A stretch of DNA of 64,000 nt from Ancylonema sp. (taxonomy: Eukaryota), in contig JBFLGF010000064.1 in NCBI GenBank assembly GCA_050230475.1, forward strand, positions 1 to 64,000, read 5' to 3'. Positions 24,506 to 40,113 of this stretch are shown here, piece by piece. The translations under genes were made by a program, and so were the position numbers. The stretch's first letter is position 1. Each line of letters begins with the position of its first letter. Below the pieces are notes generated by a model that was given only the letters and a program-made list of their open reading frames with translations, was not told the DNA's origin and did not search any database.

Positions 24506-26923
24506 ATCTGTAGAAAACATCGTGTTAGTTTTGAGGCCTAAACCTCCCACAACGTTTGGTATAAGGCGTTCCCCCTCGCTTAGAATAGATTGCAACCGCA
24601 GCAGCTTGCGTATCAATAATATTGATGAATTAAGTTTGTTCGAGGCGAAATATGCAAGTGTTTTGTACAAAGTCTAGGTAGCTAGTGAAAGTCTTGCAGG
24701 TGGCGCATAACAAGTCTCAAGTGCATGATGCAACTACTTGCGAGTGTCGATGACAACATGCACATGTATATTTGTTCAGTCACTTATTTTTGGGGCCATT
24801 GAATATGTGCATGCTATCAACATGCGGACATACATACGCCTTTTCATTGGAAGTAGTACGGATTTTGCCAACAAAAGCCTGCGCTGGTTTTATCATTGGG
24901 GGACACAGGGTCACAAGGGGAACAGAAAACGGCGGGGGCCTCCTTGCCTCCTTTTTCCTCATTCTGGTTGGGCTCATAGTTTGATGAAATGTGTATGTAC
25001 ACAAATGTTTGGTACACAAATGTGTGGGTATCACCTCACATCTGTCCATAATATGATTTACACGAGGGTTAAAAATATCTATGCCCACTCAATTCGGGTC
25101 TCACTCTAGTTATACAACCAACAGTGATTTGCACATTACTTGTAGAATATGAGTGCGATTTAGATTGATATCATGTGCGAGTACATTCAAACACAAGCTT
25201 GCTCAATGCCAGGGGTGAAGGGGAGGGCGGGGCAAAAACGAGGATGGGAGGTGGTGGTGGGGGTATGTAAGCTCCGGCTTGAACCAGGGGGGGGGGGGAG
25301 AGAAGAGGGGGGAGCACGCTCCACGGGGAGGCGGTCACAGGGGGGTGGAGTCTCCCAACGGGGGGGACTCTAGTTGGTAAAGTTAGTGTACGCGCTTTGT
25401 GTTTATGCGTGCTCTTTTGACTCCTTGTATCCACAAGTGTGTATCCACAAACACGGAGTGCATAATATTGGAAGTGAACGGAAACACGAACAACATCTGA
25501 AGTGTTAATATGATGTGCGAGTAGCGGCATATTTACTTGCAAATCGGTCTTTCAAGGTATAAGACCTCGACGAAACCTCATGCACGTCATATGCTCAAAG
25601 TCACCTACGTGGTTGGCCATTGTTGACACAATTAAGAAGTTTTGCTACGTCACCCACAATAAGTGCAAGACTATTTCGTGGAACTAACGAAATAAAGGTT
25701 GTCCTTTTCCACAACTAAGAGCTCGGCGTCCTAAGCTCGGCAAGCGAGTAAGAGACTAACGAAGGGACGACCAAGATACCCTGATAGGAGTCACATGTCA
25801 TCGGTGAAATCAAGACATATGGACGGAACGATATGATTGACATCGATAGAAATCATATACGTACTGGGCACCGTAAAATATTTCCGTTTTTTCAATTAGT
25901 TATTTTCGTAATGATTTCAAAAAATGATTTTGGGATTCCGTTACTTATTATCGATGATATATGGTAATGATTCTAGTAATCCGTTAATTGTTATCAGTGA
26001 ATGTCGGGGATGCGTCCGGCTGGAGGAATAAAAAGATGGAAGATTTCCTTATTTGGGAACTAAAATTCAAATGATGCGGCAAATATCCATCCGCATAAGG
26101 GTCACTTTGACATATTTAGCGTATTTTATGACGTCGCAAGTGCACGTGGCAGACACTCGTACTAGTCGGGATGTCTCGCCCGGCCACGATTTTGTTGTTA
26201 AGCACGGTCTTACGTTGTCGTGTAGCGCGCGCCTGATCGGTGGTTTCCCATATTGTGGGACTCTCGCCCGGTGACGTATTTTTTTACGTCGTAAATGTCG
26301 CTCGTCCAAAAATGTGTCGTTTTCGTATGTGCCTACTTTGTCGTGTAGCCCATTTCAGCACATCTAGAGTCATATCTAGGTGACCCCGAAATTCCCAGAC
26401 ATGATTCGTGAAACGGGTTTTATTGTTGAGTATCCTTTTTCCACCTTTGACAATCAATTCATATGTTTACTTCCGATTTTCAATAGATTATTAAAATTCA
26501 TTTACGGTGTCCAGTATGGTATACCATCGGGTTGTATGGAGTGCAAGTGCAAATACGGTAAGAGAAATTAACTAACGTGCTTTATAAGTAAAAGACTTCA
26601 ACCAATCAAGGAGTGTCGAAATAATAGTACGCAAGAGGTACGAATGTGTACATCTGAACGTGGACGGAATAAGGTCCGGTAGCTGACGGGAGAGGTTTCA
26701 CAATAATCGGTGTGAAATTCAAAACGCCTCATGAATGTCTAGTAACAAGCCGGACAACTATGCCAAACCAGTAGATGACGAATGTAAGCGGAGTGCGGTT
26801 TCTAGTTTCTGTACGGTGACCACTCAATAATATAAAATGTAAATTTTATGTTGATCTAATTGCGGACACTATGAATACCACATTGCTCACATTATATACT
26901 AGGAAAATCCCGCTATATTTTCC

Positions 26924-29900
26924 TCACTTCGTAGAGGGGAGTCGCGAGAAAAGAGTGAACCATATAAGGCCTATAACAATCAACGTACTAGCTACAATTG
27001 TGGATGCAATCCACACAATCTCAATTGCGGTCTGCAAAGGACCGCAATCCGTTGAAGTCATGTTCCTGAACGCCACGTCCACAAACTTACACACCAACAA
27101 GTCGGAGACGACAAAAATTAAATTCATCACCTGCACGATTATAACCAAACCGATCACAACGATTTCATCTCGAAAAATCCGATGATGCTCTTGTTGTCAC
27201 TTGCAACACAAACGACATTTCAAACCGCGAAAGCCTACTAAAGCGGCTAAGTGGCGTGGAAATTGGTATTGATAAGTAGTCATAAGTACTCACGTTAATT
27301 GAAGCAGTCGCGGTTGTTGCAAATGCCGCTACTTCCGAGCGGAGGAGCGGCACGCCGGCTTTCAGGCACACACTCAGCTTGTCAATTGCGCACGTGAACG
27401 GGGCGTAGTCCTACAAGAGAAGGCGGAGCAGATGTAGTAGGTGAGGGATAAGTACGAGGGTTCAATTAGATTTTTACTTCGGCAAATGGGAACCCTTTGG
27501 TACCGTTCTAATATTGGACATATTATGTTCATGAAGATTATTATCTTCCCGGGATGTGCGTTGAGTTGTCGATTGGCTCGTGGCCACTCACTGCTCTAAT
27601 ATTGGTATTGGTGTATTGTACAAGGAATCTCAATATAGTGCACGGGAGACCACAGTTTCTTACCAAAGATGCTACCTTGCTTTCCATGTTCATCCTCTAT
27701 GGTATCCAATACAGTTTACTCCACCTACCTTTCTCTTCGTTGTTTTTTCTTCTCCCTTGAAAAAAAAACACTTTGTGGAGAACACGGTAAGCGATTCCCA
27801 AAGTTTTTTTTTTTAAAATGCGGGTGAAGCGGTAAGCAATACTCATCTCCCTCCACATCGTGTATTCGACGAATGGTCTAGTGTTTAATATTGATGCCTC
27901 ACCTTCACAAAGGTTCCAATCATGGCGGTCGTATTTGTACACGTCACCACTTGATAACCGGGTCCCGGCCCGTACGGATCGCACAGTAGTAGTATCGGCC
28001 GCGCCCCCAGGTATGTAGGGTCAGTAGCGATTTGCACATTCCTTTGTTGAACTTTTTCGTTGATTATCTCAATCGTGCCCTTAATCGTGCCCTTTATGTC
28101 ACTCAACGTGGTTTGAGCGGCAGAGGGAGAGATGCATGGGAGGAGGGAGGCGAGAGGGGAAGAAGACGGGTTGGTCTCGTACTGGTCCATCGCTACGCAC
28201 GCGTCATGGGCGACACTGCGAGTTGGGGACATGGGGGGAAAGTGAGGAACCAAAAGGGGCAAAATAAAAACCAAGAGGCATGCTCTAAGATTGTTTTTTT
28301 TGTGAACACCGTTTTCTTGAAGTCCTTGGAGTACTTGAAGTACATGATTCTAAGTAGTTGTAGTAGAAAATGATTTAAACTCGTGAGATGCTGAAGGGGT
28401 CGATTGCTATGAGAATGACGTAAGTGTATGATAATAGGACCTCCTCGTAATTTTCTTCAAGTTTTTTTCCCCCCTTTCACTCAACCTTCACATTGATTTT
28501 GCATGTTACCCTAGAAATGGCGGTGGCTAATTGTTTTCGGATTATTGAAGTGTTTCAAGGTTCTCACTTGTAAGCGCTAAATCCAATGCCCGCTTGCACC
28601 CATGTGCAAACTCGAAGAGGTATGCAAAATATACACGCGCTGCACGGGGAAACCACAAAGTGCATCGACGAAAGTAAGAGTTGAAGATGATACTCTGAAA
28701 AAAACATTATGGAAGTTAAATAATTACACCAGTAAAGATGAAGCATTGAAAGTTAATCAACGTTTCGGGGAAGGATATTAGTGCATGGGGGAACAGATGA
28801 TTTGATCAAAAAAATCTGATAATCGAAGATAAATGAAATGTGAGAAATAGATTTCTCACATCAAGAGAGCTTTCCGCCATCGACACCAAGAGGAGACTGC
28901 GAGAGGAGGGGGCAACAAATAGTGACGAAAATATATGAGAAGTGTTTTTAACCCAAATTATTACTAATGAAGTGGGACCCAGAGATATGATTACATTTAG
29001 TATGCTCTCGTACCGTGATTACATGTTCTACAACCTGTGACTAGGTTCTTATCTCGCAACCAAGTAAAAGTGTTAGCCATTGTCAATGTGTGACGAAAAC
29101 ACATTCGGCTATATGGATGGGGTGCAAGGCTTGTTTTTTTTCACCAGTGCCAAGTAGCGTGATTGCGATGATGGCGCAAGTTACAGCCACTAACACCGCT
29201 TGCCTGCAAATATCAAGTGAGTGGAGGAAATGGTCAAACTGATGGGTCAAAATTTTGGGGGGTCAAAATTGATGAAAGTTTGGTGAGGCGTTGAAAGTCG
29301 GACGTTAGAAACGCTTACAAATCATTTAAGTGTATGTTGAAGTTTACAACACGGGTACTAATTGGAGGTCACAAAGGCCTTAGATTGGTACTTTTGAGGG
29401 GAAAATCACACTCAAATTTGTGTGTTATTTAACGAGGCTTGAAGGTTCACGCCGCGGTAGAGGCAAGATCCAAAGTAGATAAGATTAGTTTGTGGAACTC
29501 GCACCACGATATGACACTAGACCATGGAGTGCCACGTTTTTTTAATCCCCAAAGGTGGAGAGTGAGCACTAATATTATTTTTATATACGGATCTTTATAA
29601 ATTACATTGCATAACTTAACCATTTGGAACGTCAAAACATAACATTCCACGCAAACAGAAACAGAGGGACCGATATTGTGCATTTCACGTGATCGCCTAG
29701 TGCCTTACCCGTGGATGAAGAACCTCTGTGTGGATTCTTCATTTTTTTGAACTACCAAGTTCAAAGCAACCGCTTGCCCTTGAAGGGCGTTCATTGATGT
29801 TAACGCCGCCGATAAGGTTGGGGGAAGGGCCGCTTGTCCCATTTGCACCTCTATAGCCGATGTCAAGTTTTGGAGGGCAACGGCCACGATATTGATCTGC

Positions 29901-32339
29901 GAGATTAGGTGCGGAGTAAGTATAAACGATTTTGACAAATGTGAATTGTTCGAGCAAATGTGGTATAAACGGAGTGCTCTTCGAACCCGGCGAAATAATT
30001 ATGACGTTAAGGACGAGTGGGGTATCAATTGCGAAACTTGATGGCGATCCTTCGGACTTCCATTTTGAAACTTCTCGTATGCCAACCATTCCTTGTAACT
30101 AAAGTATTTTTTGCATAACCAAGCTATCTACAACCAATTCTATATTTGGACAACACAAAAGCAAGTCTCGATTTCAGATGAAAGAATATCGTGGATGTGA
30201 TGTTAGAGACGGAGGAAGAGGAAAATCGACTTCACGACATCGTTATCACACCGTAATGTTCGATGGTACCTGCTTCGTAACGTTGACGGAAGCATCGACC
30301 ATTGTTGCCGATGTGCTCGTTACAGGGCGCGACAATTGGCTATTGCCGATAAAGATGGCGATGCAAGCTCCCCTGAAACCATATTCAAGTATGATGAGTT
30401 TTTTTCGATGTTCAACGTTGATCTAAAACCATAACACAAATTACAGCCTTCGATGAGAACAACTAGTTACTGGTAAGCATATGCAATAAAATACTTTCTT
30501 ACACGAAGAAAGAGTGTGATATTAAAAAAACGCAAGGTTGCTAGGTCCGGTTGCCTCGTATCCCCTGGTGAGAAATATTTCGGGACTTTCATCCGTATCG
30601 TTTGTAATATACAATGTATTATCATGCATGCTATCTTGTCATACTCAATGTAAGGAATCGATCAATACCGGAGAGGAAAATTTTCACAAAGATTTACAAT
30701 CTTGTGGCACATCCGTGAATACCGTGCAAATGTTTGATGTTGAGTACTTACACCACAATGAGGTTGTAGAAGAGGGTGGAGAAACGAAGAGTACGTTCGA
30801 GATGGGGTGATAACATCTTTCCACGTAAGTCCAAAGAAGGGCGGCACGAACACACGATGAGTCGACCGACAAGATACAGAACGGGAAAGACGAGGCAAAT
30901 GATTGCCACGCCGTAGGCCCAAATACCCGTGAAGAAGACGGACTGGTGGGGGGAGGGGGGGAGGGGGGGAGGGGAAGGGGATATGTTTATTTTCGGGTTT
31001 GTACGGAGAAGTTTAGACGCGAAAATATACTCTCAACGATATATAGAACTAGAAAATGAATGTCCCCGAAGAAAATATTGTTTTACATTCGCTGACATAT
31101 GGTCATTGAAAATGATATGTCTCTACTTCAACACGCAACATGAACGACACACGATTCATGCAGCCAGTAGGGAGTTCTTACTTGTGCGGCGTTACAAGTG
31201 GTTGATTGAAAAAAGAAAAAAAAAACCTGCCCAAATATTGGTGATTGATGTTCAAGCAAGAATATGTGTGAACGAATTAATAAAATACCGAGCAAAATAT
31301 CTTCATAAATACATGACCTTGCCCATGCATACATCGAAATCAAGTGCAACTAGAAACTCCGATTACGACGGTTCTTGGACGCGTATTTATGCATATGAGT
31401 ATGTAACTATGTTTGTTTGTAACTATGTTTGTATAGATGTATGTACTTATGCATGCATGCAGACATGGATACAAGTCAAGTCTATATTAGTCATTTGTGT
31501 ATACAAATATACAATAACTGAACATGATTTATTTGATAATGGATATAATTTAAGTAATTTTCCATTTATATCTAGATACATGTTTGAAACATGCAAATGT
31601 GTTTGCGTTTACTTATGTCGGGTGCAACACAAACACACGTGTATGTATATTCGAGCGCGTGTTTATTTCATTTCCAAGCTCTTTTTTTCCGTTATAAAGT
31701 CTCAACAAGGACCTTTTCTATGACATGGATGGGAATTTAATGTCACGAACGAAATGAGAAATATCGAAGTCAAGAATAGGTCATAACTACGACCGCCAAA
31801 CAAATGAAAAATGGTGGTGGTTACGTATGCAGAAAAGTCGACGTTTCACACACCATAGTGACTCTAGTAGTTAATCTCACATTTCCACACCCCCTTAGAT
31901 CAAAACGAGTACTCACAGCCCAATAGTGTTGGTTGGTGACATTGAACCCCCCTCGATATATCCGAAAATCGTTTGTGGGGTCGACTCTCGGAAACATGTC
32001 AATCAACGGCCGCTTTTCATTACGGGAAATGGACTTTGAAACAACGCCGTCCGAGAATGTGACACGTGGAGACACCGTGGAATGTGACTCACGGTATGAA
32101 TAATAATCAGGACGTGACAATAAAGACCGGGTGGTGCTAGGGATCGAATGTTGCACTTCCAAGTCTATTTCACCTCGGTGAGATGAGGTGAGACACTTTG
32201 CCCGTGGCGTGGAACTAGAATTGGTCAAAATCACGAGGGATGCGATGAGGATTGTGAGAACTAGGATGTCGGTGGAACGCTGAATGATGGCTTTTCTCCC
32301 AAGTAGACGACTCATTCTCGTAAAACCATGCCCCCGCAT
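26924..32339 (-). CDS. Uncharacterised plant multi-pass membrane protein (At2g12400/At1g71110-like), ~10 exons
   Basis: In-phase exons 32339-31917 (RVDPTNDFRIYRGGFNVTNQHYWA), 30942-30752 (SVFFTG), 30372-30270, 29896-29709, 29203-29145, ~28896-28860, ~28639-28568, ~28216-27904 (DACVAM..P..LASLLPC), ~27410-27294 and ~27130-26924 (LLVCKFV..F..DCGPL). Confidence 0.8.
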
Positions 32340-34580
32340 CCTAAGATGTGTTATGTATCGGAATGTGAAGTTTTATATTTATTTATAAGTTTTATATCTG
32401 TTTCCATACACTTAGATACGTGAAAGGAGGATAAAATTTGTCATTTTCCTGGTGGAAGGTAAAAAATCACGTCATTTTTCTTCCTTCCTACCCTCCTTCA
32501 ACTCTTTACGAGATTCGTGCTTAACCTATGGTTGAATTTAACGGTTTGATCCAATTGCCCCAAAATCGAACGGTGCAAACGAATGATACTTCTTTGCCTG
32601 ATATGGTTGTGATTGGTAGGAGTGGAGGTCTGGAGTTCAAAACATTTGACGAGGAGGAGAGATGAGTTTTCGAAAATAGTGGGTACTAGACGTAGAACGA
32701 GCCACTACTTTCACACGCCGTTTTCCAATTCACTCGAACAGCACTTGAAATTTCTTCTCCTCCTATTTGAAATACAAGGCTGCTGTATATCCTTTTTATG
32801 TGTCTCCATTGCACCTACCTTCCCCCTACATCGTGTGTGTGTGATGAAAGGGGCCTCCCTACGTAGCGTTTTCCTGGTCCCCCTCACCCGAGAAGCTCTG
32901 CAGCGACAGTTGAACCGGCAGGAACCGCCGGGTCAACCGGCAAGAACCGCCAGTCGCCCCGGCAGGAAACGGTCGTTGAAACGACCGGATCCTAAGATGG
33001 AAAAGTCCGAAAAGCGCTTCGCGCGCAAGGGAGCGTGTCGATTCAGATGGAGCTGAAACACGTGTGCCGATGTGTGCGTTGACCGTCGGGGAAGCGCCGA
33101 ACTATCGCCGACATAAATCTCCCGGCATCCCATACGTGGCGGATCCCGTCCACTTCAAATTGGGCGCAACGCGAGTTTTTACCAGTAATGATAAGTTCGA
33201 CACGGAAGAGGAAAGCAAGGGACAGCAGAGCAGACGATTGATTACTCGCCTTATACTTCGACTACGATCAAGTCAGCATTTTAGCATTCGCGTGTTTGAC
33301 ACTTCAGGTATACCTCGTGTATCCCGAGAAGCGGCCCTGCATTCTGCACTACAGCCAACTGCGGAAGCACATCGCAGCAAAGGCTTCGCATTTTGTGCAG
33401 TTTGTCGATGGGTCGAAGGGTCAAGGAACAGAAAAGCCGCGACGGGGATGAGAAACAGAGTGCGGGGCCGCGGCCAGATGCCACGGACGGCTCGGATCAC
33501 TCATTTCGGATGACTGTCGAAAATCGTACGGTCTCAAAACCACGATCCCGTCGTTCTCCGTCCTGTCGTGGTCCCGCTTTCACATTTTTGTACAAAATTA
33601 TTTGTCTCGGAATATAAGCAAACACATAACAGGAATATTAGGCCCAATCTGGGAGGGGCTTAAGAGGTCGATTCTCGATTTAATTCGTATCAGCTGCCAC
33701 TGTATTTTTTTGTGTTTTTTTGCCTAGTAGAATAATAAAAATATTACATAATGATTCCACTATCGACATTTTTTTCTACCATGATTGCTTATGCACACCC
33801 GTTGAGGGTTCATTGAATAACAAAACACAATTACGAAAAAAAAATGAATCTGTGTAAATGTGCTCGTCATTTCCGTACATACCATGTCTTATGACGTAAT
33901 GTGATGTCCGTACATATGATGGCCGTACATATGATGTCCGTACATACTCACTTTGTAGGAAAAAGTGTGGTTGGGGTGAGGGAGAATCCTCAGACTCGGA
34001 AACCGGGCTGACGGATTTCAGGATATAAAAAGTTGGCGGATCTGAAGATGTCTCTTCGAAAACTCGTAACTATTCAGGTCAGAAACCTACCACACAGGTC
34101 ATAAGTCAACCACACAGGTCAAAATTTAACCGCAAAGGTCAAGGCACTTTTTCATTTTTTTGCACCACAAACCTCGATGCAAGTCAAGGCACTTTTTCAA
34201 TTTTTTGACCCTTGGTTAATCCCCCCCCCCAATTTGAATCTTATCAAGCTGAAAATATCTGTACCATACAGATCTGCTCCTTTACATTAAGTTTATACAC
34301 ATATTTTATATGCTAATACATTGTATAATATATGTGACATATTATTTGTTTGACGAGTATTATGCACCCTAGACAACTGAAAGCTGTTTCTGCATGCTTC
34401 ATGATATGTTGTTCACTGCATAATATAATAAACACATAATTCATATCATATGTGAAACGCAGAAAAAGCATAACTCACATATAAAAAACTATGGAATGCA
34501 AAGGACTCATTTCCGTATCTCTGCGTCTTTCCATCATAAGAATGAATACCTACTGCCAGATTTCCAACCAAATTACCTGT

Positions 34581-34672
34581 CAGGTTACTACTCAGGTTAC
34601 CATCCAGGTACTCATTCAGGTTACTTTTCAGGTTACTACCCAGGTTACACCTCAGGTTACCCGTCAGGTTAC
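34581..34672. repeat. 12-bp minisatellite CAGGTTAC-NNNN x8
   Basis: Units start every 12 bp from 34581 to 34665, each with a variable 4-nt tail. Confidence 0.9.
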
Positions 34673-35208
34673 TGCTCATGTCACCCTACAGCTACCTACC
34701 TGCTCAGTTTCCTCTGTCCTTATCCCCCCTCCCCCACTCCCCCCCCAGACCATGTACATCATCATACGCAGCCTGTGGGCCCTCCTCGATTTTTCAAAGG
34801 GTCAGAGAGTGAGCCCAGAGACAGCTGCCATGCTGGCTCTGGGGGGGGGAGCTTCTTGGTGTGGGACTATGGGTGGGGGAGAAAGAAACCCTTGAACCTT
34901 CACCCCAAACCCCTTAACCCTAAATCCTACACACTTAATCCTTCCCCGCACCTTTAAACCCTATACTCTACACCCTTAACTCTGAACTAAAAACCCTAAA
35001 CCCTAGACCTTTTGCAGCTTCAAAAGTCAAACGCGAAGGCTCCTCCTGAACTCTAAAACTCTCGACTCCTGTTACTGTAAAACCCTAAACTCTGGATTCT
35101 GAATGAGGAAGGATTGAGTGTAAACCTCAATCCTTCCTCATTTTCCCCATCAATCAAATGCTTCTGAAGAGGGGAAGGATCTTAACAGGGGATACCGGGA
35201 ATTTAGTG

Positions 35209-35308
35209 CCTGAAACCCGAAATCTGAAACCTGAAATTGAAACCTGGAACCTGAAACCTGGAACCTGAAACCTGAAACCTGAAATGTGATACCTGAAACC
35301 TGAAACCC
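35209..35308. repeat. 7-bp tandem repeat (CCTGAAA)n
   Basis: Direct reading. Confidence 0.85.
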
Positions 35309-36045
35309 AAGAATCACACCTCCTGGCCCCAACTGACCAGGGCCAGGGCCAGGGCCAGGAGGCCCTGGTCCCAGTCTGGGTCATGCTTCAAAGTTTTTTT
35401 TTTTTTTTGGGTTTTTTTTGGGTTTGCATTTATTATTAATATTATTTTTGAGTTTACGGAAGTGTGTTGCCCTCATCTCACCCCTCACTGCACACCTAAG
35501 GGATAACTTCCAGCCACAAAGACAAAGAAGTTACTTTTCCTTTCCTCAAAGAAAACCCAAAAATATGAAGAGAGAAAACCCAAACCAAAAAAAACCCCTC
35601 AAAAATTCACCCTAGAAAAGGAAACAAAAAACAACAACAATAAACCACTCGTTTGTTCTGATTTCTAACCATCTCTCCCCCCTCCCCCCTCTCTCGTTCC
35701 TCCAGCCGTATCCGGCACCCGCCCCCTCTCCTTAAGATTCTTTGTCATCCTCACAGCGGCTTCCCTGTGCCTATGCGTTTGGCCGATGGTGAATGGGACT
35801 ATGGCGAGGGAGGTGGGTGACGGGGATGGGGATTGTGACTGTATCGAGGGACTGCATTTAACGAGTTGGGGATGGTTATTCAGCCACACGCTGAGTCCCC
35901 CGCTGGCTCCGGTCTGGGCTGCGGGCTCATGCATCGGGGGCTATTGGGGGCCATGATTGGCCGATAGGTGTTATTACGGGATGGTAGGAGCTGTTTCTTG
36001 GGCCTACTAGGGGCGAATATGACGGGGCTACCCTTTCACAGGAAA

Positions 36046-36195
36046 CAGGGTATTATTTTGGAGGGTATTATGATGGAGGGTATTATGTTGGAGGGTATTA
36101 TCTTGGAGGGTATTATCTTGGAGGGTATTATTTTGGAGGGTATTATTTTGGAGGGTGTTGTTTTGGAGGGTATTATCTTGGAGGGTATTATTTTT
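36046..36195. repeat. 15-bp minisatellite (GAGGGTATTATYTTG)x10
   Basis: Direct reading. Confidence 0.92.
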
Positions 36196-39100
36196 GAGGG
36201 GAAACACATTGAGTGTTTTACGAGAAGTAGAGGAGAGGGATAGGGGATATGTAAAAGTATCAAGAAAAGTGTATCATCTTGGAAGGGTAATGTCTTGGAG
36301 GCAATTACATGATTGCCTTCAGACATTGATGGGAGCATTATGTCCGTGACGTACAATAAAACCTGAAATCTAACTTCAAACGTATACGATCTCCATAACT
36401 TCCTCAACTCTCCCCCCCCACCAAAACCTACAAAAGAAAACCCAAAAAAAACATGTGGTCGAACAAAATACGCACTAAAAGAAGCCAAAAATTATATCAA
36501 ACTATTAGTTTCAAAAAAAAAAAAGAAGAAGAGGATATTGAAACAAGAAAAACCGACAAGAGTTCATCTTCGTGTGTTGTTTGGATCCGCCAGATCTCTG
36601 AGTCGTACCTCATTGCGGAGGAAGGGGAGGAGGTGGCGGGGATGACGTTGAGAGTAGTGGAAGCTGGGCAAGACTTACTGGGTAGGAGGGGGGGCGGGGG
36701 GGGGGCGGGGGGGCGGGGGATGGGTGAACACCTCAATTTCAAGCAAAGATATTTTGTTGTTTGCATTTTTAGCAATGGCTTTTTGGACCACAATGAAGGA
36801 TAGAATCAATCTACGCTCGATTTCCGGGTGCTCACCGCATTCGAGGAACCCACTCCTATCTGTAAACTGATCTAGTTCCCCCTTCCTTGACCTCTCAGGA
36901 ATGGCCGCGGAGGTTGTGTCGCTTTTTGTTGCCTTCCAAATGTTCCCCCACTTGACGACACCGACCAAGAAGAAGAGAACGTTTTGAGGTCGTCACGTCG
37001 TTGGAGCGGATAGATTTACGTGTTGCGTGTCGAGTGTTGAGAGAGGCACAATTACGCAGTTGTTTTTTGCACATTTGTGTTCCCTTGTAGCACATTGCAA
37101 AAAAGGATGTCTGCTTTTAGACAACCGTTTGGGTCGAGCACTTTTTTGTAACAACGAAGATAGAAATCGAGATTGGACCAGAGTGTGGACGGATGAGGAC
37201 AGCCTCATCCGTCCTATCTCCAGTCTACGTTCCTTATAATTGTTCAAGTGTTATCGATTAATGAAGAAGGTACACGGCATCAATCATGGAGGAGAGATGT
37301 CGGACCTCGTTTCTTTTGTTTTCCACCTCGTTTTTCCTCTTTTGTGCTTTCTGGTTTGTTCAATACGCGTGATATGAAGGACTAAAAAAGAGTATATTGT
37401 GTTTGTTAAATGGCCGTGGCCGTCGTGCCAATTTAGCGTCCCAAAAAAATGCGTGTTAGACAATCTTTTTTTATCGGGCCAATTGGTCCCTCCTTCCCCC
37501 CATATGTCACATCCCGTCACTCCTTGTCCTACTCGTGCCTAGGTCTACAGGTCCGGGATAGGATCTTGCGAGACACACTTATAGACATGGGTCAATATTT
37601 GGATTTGCACCAGATAATCGGGTTTCGACCATTAGGCCCGATCATTTATGGAACGGCTGTCCTGCTATCACATGAGGGGCTACTATGAGTATAATTACAC
37701 TTTTCCAATGTCGGGTCACCCCAATACATGCCAAGTTGTAATGTACAACGCTAAGATGCTTGCGTAAGGTTTGGTATATGATATGGATGTCACACTAACT
37801 ACAATGCAGAGAAAGATGCATGTATTTGGCGATTTACGGCATTGCGATAATCTGAGAAATTGAAGGATGTCATTGGCTCATTGTGTCGTTATGTAATTTT
37901 ATGTTATATTATTTTTCGTTCTTTGTCTTGGCAAACTAACTGCCTATAATTTCCACCTTTAATAAGCGGGCTTGCGAGTTCGCAAATTGAGGTGTTTGAT
38001 TATGTGAAAATTTGACACCATGGTTACAAGGAGGAAAGCATGAGCTAGCTTTTTCTCTTCAATCAAACGATAGCCAATGGTTTCTCGATGCCCGAATAGA
38101 GTCACGGCGACAATTTTGTCATCACCATGCCAAAATACAAGTGGCAGTTAGAGTATGCTTAAGGATGCGTCAATGTAGATCAGCAGGCGCATGGGCAATG
38201 CATCGTTACCAAATATTGTCGAGTAACCTTTCAAAAAGGTTGCAAGGTACAAAGGCGTCAACAACCCACCCACCCGATTACACTCGCTTAAGCCTTCGTG
38301 AGACTCTACGATCATATGTATATACATCACTAGGCGGAAAGTAGAGGTCTCAAGCACGCATATACAACATCGATAAATGTCGGTTACTACGGCCAACTAT
38401 ATGTACGGACATCCTCTACATAGGGACACCCTTTATAAAAGCACCAAGTGTGGCAAACAAAATCCGTCAGCACGTAATTTTTCCTATTCTAAAGGCACAC
38501 CCTCCATAAAGGCACCAAATCATGGCCGATGAGGAGGGTGCCTCTAGAAAGGTTCCTCTATACGAGGAGGGTGCCTCTATACCACCCTGTCATACTCTAT
38601 GTAAAGCACAAAATGGATGCCAACAAAGCCATCAAGAATTATGACAAGTATCAAAGCGACGTGATAAATTTGTCACTCATTTCTCTCTGGTTATTGTTTA
38701 GGTCCACTTCCATTTCTATAAGTGGAAGTCGACTGAACCACTTCAAACTTCTTCTCACTTCTTGGTGTCGTCTTGTTGCAACTCGCTGTTGGTTTCTGGA
38801 GTCGAATCACATTTTCCCTTTGCTTCCGCCGTGCCTGCAGTGACAAATGTTGCGGCGCAGGTGCATGTGCGTATGTGAACATAATTCGTTTCAGATTATG
38901 GAGACGCCATGGTCGCAATTTACCGATTACTATACGCATTTTGCGCTCCATCATTAATGATTCTTTGCAACAATGCATGGAGACGAATAAATGAGGTGCG
39001 ATATGGTAGCAAAGGCGTATGTGCATAACATATAATCATGCCTGTGGACATACACACACTACCACACACATGCAAGTATACCTACACAGATATGCACATA

Positions 39101-39466
39101 TAATATACTGTGTTATTTTCTATTTTATCATAGAAAATACTTGCAGCTGTTTGCTCGTGTACGTTCATCAATGAGATAAGAATGGCGAGTACCACAGAAA
39201 GTTGCGAGAGAGTCGAGGGAAGTGTGATGGGGTACATTTTATCAAAACTCTATGTTACAAATGTGCCATGAAGCCAATAAGTTTGAATGCACTTACCATG
39301 GATATAATTCACATACGCATACATAAAACATTATGAACACATCCATAGATACGTATATACATATATCAATACGTACATAGATACATATATCGTACATATA
39401 TACATACAAACATACATATGTAGATATATACGTATGAATTGGAAAAATTAATTTGTTGAAAAAGAC

Positions 39467-40113
<647 letters not shown>

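Noticed and set aside
30929..31723. 264-aa plus-strand ORF
   Set aside because: Antisense within intron 1 of the membrane protein gene, AT-rich, no motifs.
34581..34672. Constant repeat with variable spacer resembling a CRISPR array
   Set aside because: 8-bp repeat with 4-bp spacers, no cas genes, eukaryotic context: a minisatellite.
38400..38590. MITE-like AAAGGCACC/GGGTGCCTCTA repeats (related motif at ~42640-42700)
   Set aside because: No clear TIR pair or TSD.
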